From assembly GCA_965203175.1 (NCBI GenBank), contig OZ241867.1, forward strand, positions 2,336,001 to 2,400,000: 64,000 bases of DNA. Direction: 5' to 3'. The notes under the pieces were generated by a model that saw only the letters and a list, made by a program, of their open reading frames with translations, ran no database searches and was not told the origin of the DNA. Made by a program: the position numbers and the translations under genes. Position 1 is the first letter of the stretch. Every line of letters begins with the position of its first letter. This document shows, piece by piece, positions 12,015 to 21,779 of this stretch. Source of the stretch: Candidatus Latescibacterota bacterium (GTDB taxonomy: Bacteria > Latescibacterota > UBA2968 > UBA8231).

Positions 12015-13148
12015 ATGCACGAAGTCCCCAAAGGGAAGATTACTTGTATTGAAAAATGCGTTCTGCGCGGCACTCGGCCGCGCTACATCGGCTTCAACGC
12101 CCGCATTCCCGCCCACGGCGCGCAGATCGCGGATCCGGTCGTCAGAATCCGCACGGACGGCGGGGCGTGGGGCTTGGGGTGGTCCCGGATTGGCGAGGAC
12201 GAGGCGCGCGCGCTGCTCGGCAAGGAGGTCAGCGATCTCTTCCAACTCCCCGATGGCTGTCTGCCCGCGGGCTGCAACCTCGACCTGCCGCTGTGGGATT
12301 TGGTGGCGCGGATGATGGATTTGCCGCTGTACCGCCTGCTCGGTGCCCGCGGCAAACGCGAGGTCGAAGTGTACGACGGCTCGGTCTATATCGACGATTT
12401 GGAAGCCGCAGATGAGGAACAGGTCAAAGATATCTTCCGCGGCGAAGTCGCCACCGGCCACGAGCACGGCTACTTGCACTTCAAGATCAAGGTCGGCCGC
12501 GGTGCGCGCTGGATGCCCACGGATGCGGGCCTCAAGCGCGACGAGTTGGTCATTCGCACGGTGCGCGAAGCCGCCGGCCCGCAGGCCAAGGTGCTCATCG
12601 ACGCCAACATGGGCAATACGCTCAATACAGCTATAGCCCTGTTGGACGCCTGCGCGGATGTGGGCATCTATTGGTTTGAGGAGCCTTTTGCCGAAGACGC
12701 CCCGCTCAATCAAGCGCTTAAGCAGCACATCGTCGAAAATGACTGGGACACGCTGGTTGCCGACGGGGAATTTTCGCCGCCGCCGTACTTTTTTGACTTG
12801 GTAGAACAGGGATTTATCGACGTGGTACAGCACGATTTTCGCGCCATGGGGCTGACGTGGTGGCGGAGCACATCGGCGCGTCTAGAGCAGTGGAACGCGC
12901 TCTGCGCACCCCACTGCTGGGGATCGTACATAGAGCGCTTTCACCACGCCCATTTTGCCGCTGCCATCCCGAACTTCTGCCTGCTCGAAGCCGCGCCGGC
13001 TGCCATGCCCGGGCTGATCACCGACGGCTGGCGGCTGGCCGACTCCATCCTACACGTGCCCGACACGCCCGGCGCGGGCCTCGACATCGATCCGCGCATC
13101 TTCGCGCAGGGCATGGAGGATCGAGAGGGATTTAGGGTGGCGATTTGA
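12015..13148 (+). CDS. Mandelate racemase/enolase superfamily enzyme
   Basis: FKIKVGR, IDAN, WFEEP, ADGE and PHCWG motifs; AAGGAG RBS. Confidence 0.88.
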   Translation: MHEVPKGKITCIEKCVLRGTRPRYIGFNARIPAHGAQIADPVVRIRTDGGAWGLGWSRIGEDEARALLGKEVSDLFQLPDGCLPAGCNLDLPLWDLVARMMDLPLYRLLGARGKREVEVYDGSVYIDDLEAADEEQVKDIFRGEVATGHEHGYLHFKIKVGRGARWMPTDAGLKRDELVIRTVREAAGPQAKVLIDANMGNTLNTAIALLDACADVGIYWFEEPFAEDAPLNQALKQHIVENDWDTLVADGEFSPPPYFFDLVEQGFIDVVQHDFRAMGLTWWRSTSARLEQWNALCAPHCWGSYIERFHHAHFAAAIPNFCLLEAAPAAMPGLITDGWRLADSILHVPDTPGAGLDIDPRIFAQGMEDREGFRVAI

Positions 13149-13266
13149 GGTGAAAAAATAAAGAATAGGGAGGCGAAAATCGCAGTTATGCATATCTTTG
13201 TACAATCCCCTTTATCCCCTGCCGTTTTTCTGTCCTAAATACGCTGTAAATGAGGAGGAGTGTGCG

Positions 13267-14676
13267 ATGACAGACGATCTTCACACCAACCCGTTTGAGA
13301 AGATCGACACCAATAAGGTCGCGGAAGATCTGCATATAGTAGAAGATAGCCAACGAAACGCGAGGCGGGGTCGGCCCGCACTAGACAGCGCGGAAGACGA
13401 TCTCGACCCCACCGAACGCAAGGTTATCGGGCTGATTGAGGGCGCTCAAGCACAGGCTCAGAATACGTGCGAGAGCGAGCTAAAGGCATACAGAGAGCGT
13501 CTGGTCGCGCTAGACTTCCGGGAACAACTAAGTTCCATTGATATTGAAACTGCCAAGCAACGCGCGGAGTTCGATCAGCACGTCGATAAGGCCATAGTGG
13601 AGTTGAGTAGAGAGCAGCAGGATCTGCGCAGAAAAAAAGAGGACATGCAGCAGTTTAAGGAACAAAATGGCCTCAGCCGCGAGCCGCAGCCTCGCAACTG
13701 GGACGATAAGATATTTAACATCGGCCTCATCGCCGTACTCTTTCTCATTGAGACATTTGGCAATGCCTCCTTTCTGGCAAAGGGCAACGAGTTTGGGCTG
13801 TTCGGCGCGTACACGGAGGCAGTTGTCATTTCGTTTGTCAATCTCGGTCTTGCCTTTTTGCTCGGCATCCTCGTCACCAATTTCAACCACATCCACTGGG
13901 GCAGACGGTCTGTGGGTATTATCAGCGCCGCGGTGTTTATAGTCTTTGCGTTATTTTTCAACCTAATGGTGGCGCATTATCGGGAAACAACGGGCACGGT
14001 ACTCGACGAAGGGGGCAAACTCGCCATTGCCGCTTTCGGCGAGAATCCATTGGGTCTAGGGGACTTCCAATCGTGGATTCTGTTCTTTATGGGATTCCTC
14101 TTTGCGATTATTAGCTTTATCGATGGCATCCTGTGGGATGATCGCTATCCGGGTTACGCAAAGTCCGCGCGCGTATTCGCGGAGGCCGACGACGCATACA
14201 ACGAATTCTATCAGGCCTGCCTAAAGGGATTGAAGAAAACGTCGGATGAGGCGGTGCAGGCGTTGGAGAATATCAAGCAAAACATTTTGCTCGCGGGGCG
14301 ACAACACGATTCTATCATCGACGACCACCGACGCCTTATCAAATCGTTCGACGACCATCTAGATCACCTAGAACACGCGGGAAACCACTTGCTCAAGCTC
14401 TACCGGGATACCAACCGGGCGATGCGAGACGGCGAAGCGCCAGCGCGCTTCAAGAAGCCCTGGAGCATAGTGAAAACGCCAATAGACACCAGCTTGCCGA
14501 AGGCCATGCTGACGCGCGAGGAGATCTTGAAGATCACCAGCGCGGCGGAGATAAAAATTGATAATGGCGTGAATGAACTGCACAATCACTACGATATGGG
14601 CAGCGAGGAATTGAGACCATTGGCCCCGCATCGGCGGCAGCCGGATAGCCCGAGGGACGATCAGGACGAAGATTAA
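13267..14676 (+). CDS. Hypothetical membrane protein: coiled coil, about 4 TM helices, coiled coil
   Basis: GAGGAG RBS before ATG 13267; E/K/Q-rich helical N- and C-parts; four hydrophobic segments ending ...DDRYPGY. Confidence 0.7.
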   Translation: MTDDLHTNPFEKIDTNKVAEDLHIVEDSQRNARRGRPALDSAEDDLDPTERKVIGLIEGAQAQAQNTCESELKAYRERLVALDFREQLSSIDIETAKQRAEFDQHVDKAIVELSREQQDLRRKKEDMQQFKEQNGLSREPQPRNWDDKIFNIGLIAVLFLIETFGNASFLAKGNEFGLFGAYTEAVVISFVNLGLAFLLGILVTNFNHIHWGRRSVGIISAAVFIVFALFFNLMVAHYRETTGTVLDEGGKLAIAAFGENPLGLGDFQSWILFFMGFLFAIISFIDGILWDDRYPGYAKSARVFAEADDAYNEFYQACLKGLKKTSDEAVQALENIKQNILLAGRQHDSIIDDHRRLIKSFDDHLDHLEHAGNHLLKLYRDTNRAMRDGEAPARFKKPWSIVKTPIDTSLPKAMLTREEILKITSAAEIKIDNGVNELHNHYDMGSEELRPLAPHRRQPDSPRDDQDED

Positions 14677-15476
14677 TGAGTGTAGGTAAGCTATCGAATA
14701 AAACGATAGCAGGCGGTGCGATGATCGCGGGGGTCATCGCGATCTTGCTCGTTGTTGTGGTGCTGAAGCCGCCGTCGGTCGAGCGCGATCCTAAGACTCT
14801 GTGCCGCTCGGAGGGTCCCTCGGCGATTACGGCCATCTTGCTCGATCGCACGGATTCGTTCATGCCCACCACCAAATCCGATCTGGAGACCCGGATCTGG
14901 AACTTGCTCGATGAGATTGAGGAGAATCACGAGATTAGTCTTTTTGCGGTGGACCCTACGCATGGCGGGGCCCTCGACCCGATCATCAAGGTCTGTAGCC
15001 CCGGCGACCCGAAAAACGTCGATCATCTCACGCAATCCGAAGCGATCATTCGGCGCAACTGGCAGCAGAAATTTCGCACACCTTTAGAAGAGGAGCTTAG
15101 AAAGCTGCTCACCAACAAGGAGGCGAAATCGTCGCCGATCATGGAGTCGGTGCAGTCGGTTGCCATAAAGCATTTCCAGAGCACCAAGCGGCGCGATGTG
15201 CCGCGTCGTCTCATCGTTGTTTCAGATCTGCTGCAGAACAGCGACGCGATTTCGTTCTACAAGGATGAGCCGGATTTCCAGCGCTTCCACGGTAGTCCCC
15301 AAGCCCGAGGGCTAAATCCAGATTTGCGGGGCGTCGAGATTGAGCTATGGCTCATTCAGCGGAAGCAACGGCAGCAGGGAGACGGGGAAGCCGTGTTGCA
15401 ATTCTTCCGCTCTTGGCTCGCAGAACACGGAGGCCGGGTTCGCGCGTCTGTCCGAACTTCGGGCATAAACGACTGA
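14676..15476 (+). CDS. Membrane-anchored hypothetical protein with vWA-like fold
   Basis: TAATG coupling to the upstream gene; N-terminal TM anchor; ILLDRTDS, SPIMES and LIVVSDLLQNS resemble a degenerate MIDAS/vWA. Confidence 0.6.
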   Translation: MSVGKLSNKTIAGGAMIAGVIAILLVVVVLKPPSVERDPKTLCRSEGPSAITAILLDRTDSFMPTTKSDLETRIWNLLDEIEENHEISLFAVDPTHGGALDPIIKVCSPGDPKNVDHLTQSEAIIRRNWQQKFRTPLEEELRKLLTNKEAKSSPIMESVQSVAIKHFQSTKRRDVPRRLIVVSDLLQNSDAISFYKDEPDFQRFHGSPQARGLNPDLRGVEIELWLIQRKQRQQGDGEAVLQFFRSWLAEHGGRVRASVRTSGIND

Positions 15477-15500
15477 CGAGAACCGCCCCGGCAACCCTGC

Positions 15501-16361
15501 TCAGCGCTCCAACCACCTCGGCAAGCGAATTTCAGCAGACTGCTGCCAAGCCGTCAGGTAAAGCGAGGCTGTAAAGCGCACGGAGGTGCGGGCTAAATCT
15601 AAGGTCAAGGCGCGCACGCGGGCGTCGTTCTCGTCTTCCCAATGGCCCCACAGCGCGTACACTTCTTCCACCCGCCAGTTGCTTTTTTTGATCTGGCCAG
15701 TGATGGCCTTCATCAGCGAATCAAAGGCTGCAACGTCCTGCTCGGCCGCCAAATCCTCGGGCGCAAAGCCGAGCCGCTCCACCGATGAATCCACCTGTTC
15801 GTGAATGCCCTTGCCTATAACCGTGCCGTCCGCTTGCTTCTTGCCGTCGAAGTCTAGGGTCGTGTGCAGGGGCTGACAGATGTCTTGGGCATAGTGGGCG
15901 AGCATGCCCGCATAGACGAGGCACTTTTGTTGAATCGCCTCGTTCTCCGGCCACTGGCGATGCTCGGCAAAGGCCACGGCTAGCCGCTCGGTCCACTCGG
16001 CGATGGCGTAGGGGGCCATCCCAACTCGCGGTGGGTCTAGCTGTAGCTCGAAGCACAAGGTGATGAAGTCAAAGCGCTTCGCCGGAATCGCTCGTCCCCC
16101 AAGGTACTCCAGATCGAAATAGTGCTCTCCGTGCTCGGCGTGGCTCAGCAAGGGGGTGCGGCGATTCTTGAACAGATCTGGATCGAAGACCACGTGGCTG
16201 GCGAGGTTGCCCCCTTGGGGAAAGAAAGCCGGCATTTCCTCCGGCAGGGCCAGCACCGCCCCCTTGGTCAGAATTCCGTGTCCATCTCCCCACCAAGCTT
16301 GGGACGGAATGGCTACCAAGCTGGCGACGACTGCAAGCCATGTTGCGCGGATTGTTCTCAT
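15501..16361 (-). CDS. S1/P1 nuclease / zinc phospholipase C-like secreted protein
   Basis: Signal peptide then W..GH, HYFD, HYAQD.CQPLH and IHE zinc ligands. Confidence 0.8.
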   Translation of the reverse strand: MRTIRATWLAVVASLVAIPSQAWWGDGHGILTKGAVLALPEEMPAFFPQGGNLASHVVFDPDLFKNRRTPLLSHAEHGEHYFDLEYLGGRAIPAKRFDFITLCFELQLDPPRVGMAPYAIAEWTERLAVAFAEHRQWPENEAIQQKCLVYAGMLAHYAQDICQPLHTTLDFDGKKQADGTVIGKGIHEQVDSSVERLGFAPEDLAAEQDVAAFDSLMKAITGQIKKSNWRVEEVYALWGHWEDENDARVRALTLDLARTSVRFTASLYLTAWQQSAEIRLPRWLER

Positions 16362-16441
16362 TAGGTTTGCGTCCTTTCTTTGTGCAAATTACACGAAGGT
16401 TCCTAAGTAAGCCTCCAATAACCCCCAACCGCGAGGATCTC

Positions 16442-17269
16442 ATGAAACTCTCGCTCTCGGTCCGCGTGGCCGAAAAATTTCACGCCAAGCGCGAAGCCAA
16501 TATGACGCTCGAGCAATTGGCCGCCCTCGCCACCGACCACGGGTACAGCGGGCTGTGTATGCGCGCCTCGCAAGTGGGCGTCCACAGCTCGCCAGAGACG
16601 GTTGCCGCTGCTCGCGCCCTGCTCGACCGCTACTCGCTGGCCGTCTCCATGCTCACCGGCGACTTCCCGATCCCCGAAAACTCCGACCAAGGGCCAGATG
16701 CCCTCCGCAATATAACGCCCTATCTCGATCTGGCCGAACAGCTCGGCGCTCCGCTGCTGCGCGTCTGCCTAAAGACGGACGAAGATATCGCTTGGGCGCG
16801 CCGAGCCGCGGACGAAGCTGCCGAGCGCGATTTGCGCCTAGCTCACCAGTGCCACACTCGCAGTCTCTTTGAGGAAATCGACCGCTCGCTGCAAGTTTTG
16901 GCGAGCATTGGCCGCGCCAATTTCGGCCTGATCTACGAACCGGCCAACCTAGAGCTATGCGGCCAGCCTTATGGGCTGAATGCCATCGGCCGCTTCGCGC
17001 CGTACCTATTCAATGTGTATCTGCAAAATCACGCCTTGACCGCCGATGGTCCAGACGCGCTCGAGACGTGGTGCCGCGGCGAGGTGCGGTTCCGTCAGAT
17101 CCCCCTGTGGGAGGAGGGGGGCATTGGCTTCCCGCCGCTGATGGATGCGCTGCACGCGGTCGGTTATGAGGGCTATGTGACGGTTCATCAGGCCTCAGCC
17201 GAACTGGGCACGGAAGCTGCGGTCCGCGAAAGCGCCCGCTATCTCAAGCGGCTGGTGGCGACCAATTGA
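16442..17269 (+). CDS. Sugar phosphate isomerase/epimerase (xylose isomerase-like TIM barrel)
   Basis: GAGGA RBS; FGLIYEPANL and GYEGYVTVH motifs. Confidence 0.75.
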   Translation: MKLSLSVRVAEKFHAKREANMTLEQLAALATDHGYSGLCMRASQVGVHSSPETVAAARALLDRYSLAVSMLTGDFPIPENSDQGPDALRNITPYLDLAEQLGAPLLRVCLKTDEDIAWARRAADEAAERDLRLAHQCHTRSLFEEIDRSLQVLASIGRANFGLIYEPANLELCGQPYGLNAIGRFAPYLFNVYLQNHALTADGPDALETWCRGEVRFRQIPLWEEGGIGFPPLMDALHAVGYEGYVTVHQASAELGTEAAVRESARYLKRLVATN

Positions 17270-17344
17270 CGATGGCTATGCGTACCTTGATATTTAAATG
17301 CTTGTTCGCAAACCCTTTCACAAGTAGGAAAAAGGAGAACCATC

Positions 17345-17980
17345 ATGGCTGTCCGACTCGGCGACGAAGCTCCGGATTTCAGCGCGGAAACCACCGCGGG
17401 CCCCATCAATTTTCACGAATGGCTCGGCGATTCTTGGGGGGTGCTTTTTTCCCACCCCGCCGACTTCACCCCGGTCTGCACTACGGAGTTAGGTGTAGTG
17501 GCCAATATCGAAGAGGAATTCAAAAAGCGCGGCGTCAAGATCATCGCCTTGAGCGTCAACTCGGTTGACGATCACGAGGGCTGGATCGACGACATCAACG
17601 AAACCCAAAACGCCAATCTCGCCTTCCCGATGATCGCCGATCCCGAGCGCAAGGTCTCCGAGCTCTACGACATGATCCACCCCAACGCGCTCGACAATAT
17701 GACCGTGCGCTCGGTGTTCGTCATCGGCCCGGACAAAAAGGTCAAGCTGACGCTGACCTACCCGGCCTCGACCGGCCGCAATTTCGACGAAATTTTGCGC
17801 GTGATTGACTCGCTGCAACTGACGGCCAATTACTCGGTCGCTACTCCGGCCAATTGGCAAGATGGCGACGACTGTATCGTAGTCCCGGCCCTTTCGGACG
17901 AGGAAGCCTCCGAGAAATTTCCCCAGGGCTTTACGGCGGTTAAGCCCTACCTGCGCGTCACGCCACAGCCCAATAAGTAA
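17345..17980 (+). CDS. 1-Cys peroxiredoxin (Prx6 type)
   Basis: FSHPADFTPVCTTE, YPASTGRNFDEILR and ATPANW motifs. Confidence 0.95.
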   Translation: MAVRLGDEAPDFSAETTAGPINFHEWLGDSWGVLFSHPADFTPVCTTELGVVANIEEEFKKRGVKIIALSVNSVDDHEGWIDDINETQNANLAFPMIADPERKVSELYDMIHPNALDNMTVRSVFVIGPDKKVKLTLTYPASTGRNFDEILRVIDSLQLTANYSVATPANWQDGDDCIVVPALSDEEASEKFPQGFTAVKPYLRVTPQPNK

Positions 17981-17985
17981 GCGAT

Positions 17986-19065
17986 ATGAATTTAACTAGG
18001 CTGGTTGGGGCGGGTGCGTTGGCCATGCTGACGTGGTGCGCGGCGGCTAACGCGGAATCCCTGACCGTGGTGTCTTGGGGCGGCTCGTATGCGCGCGCCT
18101 GCGTAAAAGGCTATCACGAGGCGTTTACGGAAGAGACAGGCATTGAAGTTCGCTTGGAGGACTACAACGGCGGCCTCGCCCAATTGCGCGCCCAAGTGGA
18201 TGCAGGGGCCGTGCATTGGGACGTGATAGATATGGAACTCGCTGATGCCATGACCGGCTGCGACGAGGGCCTCCTCGAAGTGCTGGACCTCAAGCTGCCT
18301 CCTGGGGCGAATGGCGAATCGCCTGAGGACGACTTCTATCCGGAAGCTATGGGTGAATGCGGCATTGGCACGTTGTTCTACTCGACCGTCTATGCGTACC
18401 ACGCGGAGCATTTTAAAGAGCGCAAACCAGAGACCATTGCCGATTTTTTCGACCTTGAGGCGTTCCCGGGTCGGCGCGGGATGCGGCGCGTACCACTCGT
18501 AAACTTGGAGTTCGCCTTGATGGCCGACGGAGTACCCCGGGACGAGGTGTACGCCACGCTCGACACACCCGAAGGGGTCAATCGCGCCTTCCGCAAGCTC
18601 GACATTATCAAGGATCAGGTGGTTTGGTGGGAGGCCGGCGCGCAGCCGCCACAGATGCTCGCCGATGGCGAAGTGGTGATGACCACGGCGTACAACGGGC
18701 GCATATTCAACGCGCAGGTCTTGGAAAAGCAGCCGTTTACCATCGTCTGGGACGGCCAAGTGCTGGACACGGGCCAGCTCGTCATTGCGGCAGGTGCGCC
18801 GAATTTGGAGGCTGCGCGCAAGTTCCTCACCTTTGCGGCGCGGCCATCGTCCATGGCCGGCGTGGGCCGCCACATCTCCTATGCGCCGGCGCGTCGTTCG
18901 GGCATGGACCTGATCTCGGTCCACGCTGAGACCGGCGAGGAAATGGCTCCGCACATGCCTACGTACCCAGCCAACGCGGCGGGCGCGCTACGCAATGACT
19001 GGCGCTGGTGGAGCGACAACATGGATGAGATGAACGAGCGCTTCAGCGCTTGGCTGGCGCGCTAG
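17986..19065 (+). CDS. ABC transporter substrate-binding protein (PotD/polyamine-like)
   Basis: Signal peptide; SWGG, WDVID, FPGRRG and AYNGR motifs; no permease genes adjacent. Confidence 0.85.
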   Translation: MNLTRLVGAGALAMLTWCAAANAESLTVVSWGGSYARACVKGYHEAFTEETGIEVRLEDYNGGLAQLRAQVDAGAVHWDVIDMELADAMTGCDEGLLEVLDLKLPPGANGESPEDDFYPEAMGECGIGTLFYSTVYAYHAEHFKERKPETIADFFDLEAFPGRRGMRRVPLVNLEFALMADGVPRDEVYATLDTPEGVNRAFRKLDIIKDQVVWWEAGAQPPQMLADGEVVMTTAYNGRIFNAQVLEKQPFTIVWDGQVLDTGQLVIAAGAPNLEAARKFLTFAARPSSMAGVGRHISYAPARRSGMDLISVHAETGEEMAPHMPTYPANAAGALRNDWRWWSDNMDEMNERFSAWLAR

Positions 19066-19088
19066 CAGCGGGAAAGGTTGTTCGACAG

Positions 19089-19126
19089 CGGGCCGAGGCA
19101 TCTGCATTTGCCTCGGCCCGTTTTTT
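19089..19126 (+). terminator. Rho-independent terminator
   Basis: CGGGCCGAGGCA-loop-TGCCTCGGCCCG (12-bp perfect stem) followed by TTTTTT, between convergent genes. Confidence 0.85.
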
Positions 19127-19961
19127 ATAATTCGGCGAAAATCGCCTCTATGTCAGCCGTTTTCTTCCACTTGGCGAATTCTCTGTCCATCTTAGGCGAC
19201 CACTTGCGATCCACTTCCCCGGGCGTGTAGCGGCCGTCGGCAATGCTCTTCTTGCCCCAATAGTCGCGCAGGCGGGTGTTTTCGGAGGATTCCACGACCT
19301 CGCGGGCGTATTGCGGCGGCACGAAAATCACGCCCGTGGGGGTCGCCAGCACGATATCGCCCGGCATACAGGTCGCCTCACCCACTCGCACCGGGCCGTT
19401 GATCTCGGCCATGGTCACCTCGCCGATTGCCGAGGGATGCAGCCCTTTGCAGAGCACGTTGATTGGCAACTGGCGCACGCGGTGATCGTCGCGGATGCCG
19501 CCATCGACGATCAGGCCCGTACCGCCGGTGTTGGCCGCGATTGCCGTGCCGAGATTGTCGCCGATAAAGGTCCCGCGCAGCACCTTGCCGAACAGATCGA
19601 CGACCAATACGTCGTTGGCGACTAAAGTGTCGATGACCCAGCTATTCTGGCCGCCGATCCGACCGTGCCGCTCGCCTTCGGCATTCACGACGCCGTCGAA
19701 GTCGGGCCGGTGCGGGATATAGCGGGCCGTAACCGCGCGGCCGACTAGCACGCGGCTTGGGTGCAGGTTGATCCAGTCGCCTTCGAACTGAAACGCATGT
19801 CCCTTGCCCATCAGCACTCCCCAGGCTTCCTCGACGGTCACCCACTTCATTCGCTCGACGATATCGTCGTCGACTTTGGGCCGCCCGTTGCGAAAGCGCG
19901 GGCCTGTGTACGCGCTCGTTATACTCTTTATTTTGCTCGGTGCGTTGAGTTCAAACGCCAT
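19125..19961 (-). CDS. RraA/HMG aldolase family protein
   Basis: Start ATG 19961 after AAGGAG; LVGRAVT, GDNL, VDGGIRD and PGDIV motifs. Confidence 0.85.
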   Translation of the reverse strand: MAFELNAPSKIKSITSAYTGPRFRNGRPKVDDDIVERMKWVTVEEAWGVLMGKGHAFQFEGDWINLHPSRVLVGRAVTARYIPHRPDFDGVVNAEGERHGRIGGQNSWVIDTLVANDVLVVDLFGKVLRGTFIGDNLGTAIAANTGGTGLIVDGGIRDDHRVRQLPINVLCKGLHPSAIGEVTMAEINGPVRVGEATCMPGDIVLATPTGVIFVPPQYAREVVESSENTRLRDYWGKKSIADGRYTPGEVDRKWSPKMDREFAKWKKTADIEAIFAEL

Positions 19962-20067
19962 GATCGCTCCTTGGAAAAATAAAAAAATGGCCGCGCATCC
20001 TTTGCGGACCGCGACCAAGCTAATACATCTCATCCGAGTGTCAACCCGGCGGAATGGTAGAATGGGG

Positions 20068-20490
20068 CTAAAAGGGCAGATCGTCGTGGTTGGGGCCGGC
20101 TGCGGGGGCAGCGGCGAGTTCATGGCCGTTGCCGTTGACCTCAGCGGCCTCGTCGGCCCGCTCTGCACCGAGCATTTTCATGGTGTTGGCGACGATTTCG
20201 GTGGTCTGGCGCTTTTGACCCTGCTGATCTTCCCAAGAGCGCGTTTGCAGCTTGCCCTCGATGTAGACTTTGCTGCCCTTTTTTAGGTACTGACCAGCGA
20301 TTTCGGCGAGGCGCCTCCACAAGACGATGCGGTGCCACTCGGTGCGCTCTTGGCGCTGCCCGTCCTTGTCGTTCCACGACTCGCTGGTGGCCATGCTGAA
20401 GTTGGCGACCTGAGCGCCGCTGGGGGTAAAGCGGGTCTCGGGATCAGACCCTAAGTTGCCGATGAGTAAAACCTTGTTGAGACTCGACAT
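20068..20490 (-). CDS. ssb: Single-stranded DNA-binding protein
   Basis: [32 protein letters not shown] and the acidic tail DDLPF. Confidence 0.96.
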   Translation of the reverse strand: MSSLNKVLLIGNLGSDPETRFTPSGAQVANFSMATSESWNDKDGQRQERTEWHRIVLWRRLAEIAGQYLKKGSKVYIEGKLQTRSWEDQQGQKRQTTEIVANTMKMLGAERADEAAEVNGNGHELAAAPAAGPNHDDLPF

Positions 20491-20491
20491 A

Positions 20492-20701
20492 TTATTGCTC
20501 CTCTCGGTTGTGCAGGCTGCGATAATCCTGCGTCCACTCGCTGCGCTGACGGCGCTTGCGCGCTTGGGGCGTCTCAATGCCGTAGCGGCGACAGAGGCGG
20601 CTGAAGCTGCCCGGGGCAATGCCCAAGGCCGAGCCGGCGTCGTGGTTGCTGGCATAGATCCGCGCGGCGCGTTCGATGCGATCTTTGGCGATAGGCGGCA
20701 T
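20492..20701 (-). CDS. Small basic Fis-like HTH protein
   Basis: 69 aa; A.ALGI...[11 protein letters not shown] helix-turn-helix pattern; AAGGAG RBS. Confidence 0.6.
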   Translation of the reverse strand: MPPIAKDRIERAARIYASNHDAGSALGIAPGSFSRLCRRYGIETPQARKRRQRSEWTQDYRSLHNREEQ

Positions 20702-20722
20702 GAGTTTCTCCTTTTGTGCCAG

Positions 20723-20866
20723 TTAGGTGAGATAGCGGAAAACGGGAAAGCTCCAGACGACGAAGATTGCTCCTGTACACATCGGCCCCAGTCGGCCAAT
20801 TTGGCGCTGGGCGCGCTTGTTTTTGCTCAACTCTCGTAAGGCGTGAAACGCAAAAATCGGGTTCAT
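20723..20866 (-). CDS. Putative 47-aa small protein
   Basis: AGGAGAG RBS; [47 protein letters not shown]. Confidence 0.4.
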   Translation of the reverse strand: MNPIFAFHALRELSKNKRAQRQIGRLGPMCTGAIFVVWSFPVFRYLT

Positions 20867-20892
20867 TGCTCTGCTCTCCTATGGCCAGCGTA

Positions 20893-20976
20893 TCAGTTGA
20901 GAAGCGGTTTTACCGCGAATACGAAGAGGCTGACGAGGGCGTACATCAGGCCCTGGCTGATGATCTCGCGTCGCAT
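20893..20976 (-). CDS. Putative 27-aa single-TM small protein
   Basis: AAGGAG RBS; MRREIISQGLMYALVSLFVFAVKPLLN. Confidence 0.5.
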   Translation of the reverse strand: MRREIISQGLMYALVSLFVFAVKPLLN

Positions 20977-21062
20977 GTGGTTTTGCTCCTTGCGATGAGG
21001 TCCTGGGTGCTCGGTTTTCCAACGCAAAAAAGGCCCTTTTTTACTTCGATTACCTGCACAAA

Positions 21063-21091
21063 AAGATAGTAAACATTTGTGTATAAGTCAA
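21063..21091 (-). promoter_or_regulatory. Putative sigma70 promoter of the small-ORF/ssb operon
   Basis: Minus strand TTGACT-N17-TATCTT within AT-rich intergenic DNA. Confidence 0.6.
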
Positions 21092-21323
21092 GAAATTTGC
21101 CCCCTTTTTTCGACCCGTTTTACGGGGTTTTTCCCATCTGGCCAAAAAACAATAACTTATTGATATAAAAAAACTTTTTCAGTTTAATAAATTTCTATTA
21201 AAATACGGCTAAACAAGGATTGCCTCGGCCTGCAAACGCGGTAGTGCCCTGCAGTGCTTCGTTTGTTAGATTATGGGCACTAATGGCATAACGGCTATGA
21301 GCCTACGAGAAAGGAGAAAAGCC

Positions 21324-21737
21324 ATGAGTACGGTACTCGTCCACATTGGCGTCCGAGCCACGGACCTCGAAAAAACCATCCGCTTTTGGCGCGACGGCCT
21401 CGGCCTACCCGTGGTCTCGACCCACGGGAGCTGCTACGACCTCAGCGACGGTCACCACAACTTCCGAGTCTTCCAGCACAACGGCCCGGATCGCCCGGCC
21501 CACGTCAGCGGGATGCTCGACTACCTCCACATCGGCGTGCGGGTGCCCGACCTCGAAGAGACCGGCCGCCGCCTATTGGACATGGGCTATGAAATTTTTT
21601 CCGACGGCTTGGGCGGCAAAGAGCCGGTCGATGTCCACAACATCAGCGAAGGGGCCTTTAAGGTCGAAGACCCAGACGGCATTACTGTGGACGTGACGGC
21701 CAGCGACGATCAATGGCCTGGTGCGGTCCTCAAATAG
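21324..21737 (+). CDS. VOC/glyoxalase family protein
   Basis: HIGVRATDLE...FWRDGLG, HIGVRV and DPDGI motifs; AAGGAG RBS. Confidence 0.85.
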   Translation: MSTVLVHIGVRATDLEKTIRFWRDGLGLPVVSTHGSCYDLSDGHHNFRVFQHNGPDRPAHVSGMLDYLHIGVRVPDLEETGRRLLDMGYEIFSDGLGGKEPVDVHNISEGAFKVEDPDGITVDVTASDDQWPGAVLK

Positions 21738-21779
21738 CCCGACTACATCTCAATCCTTACCCTGAATCGAGAGGATCTA

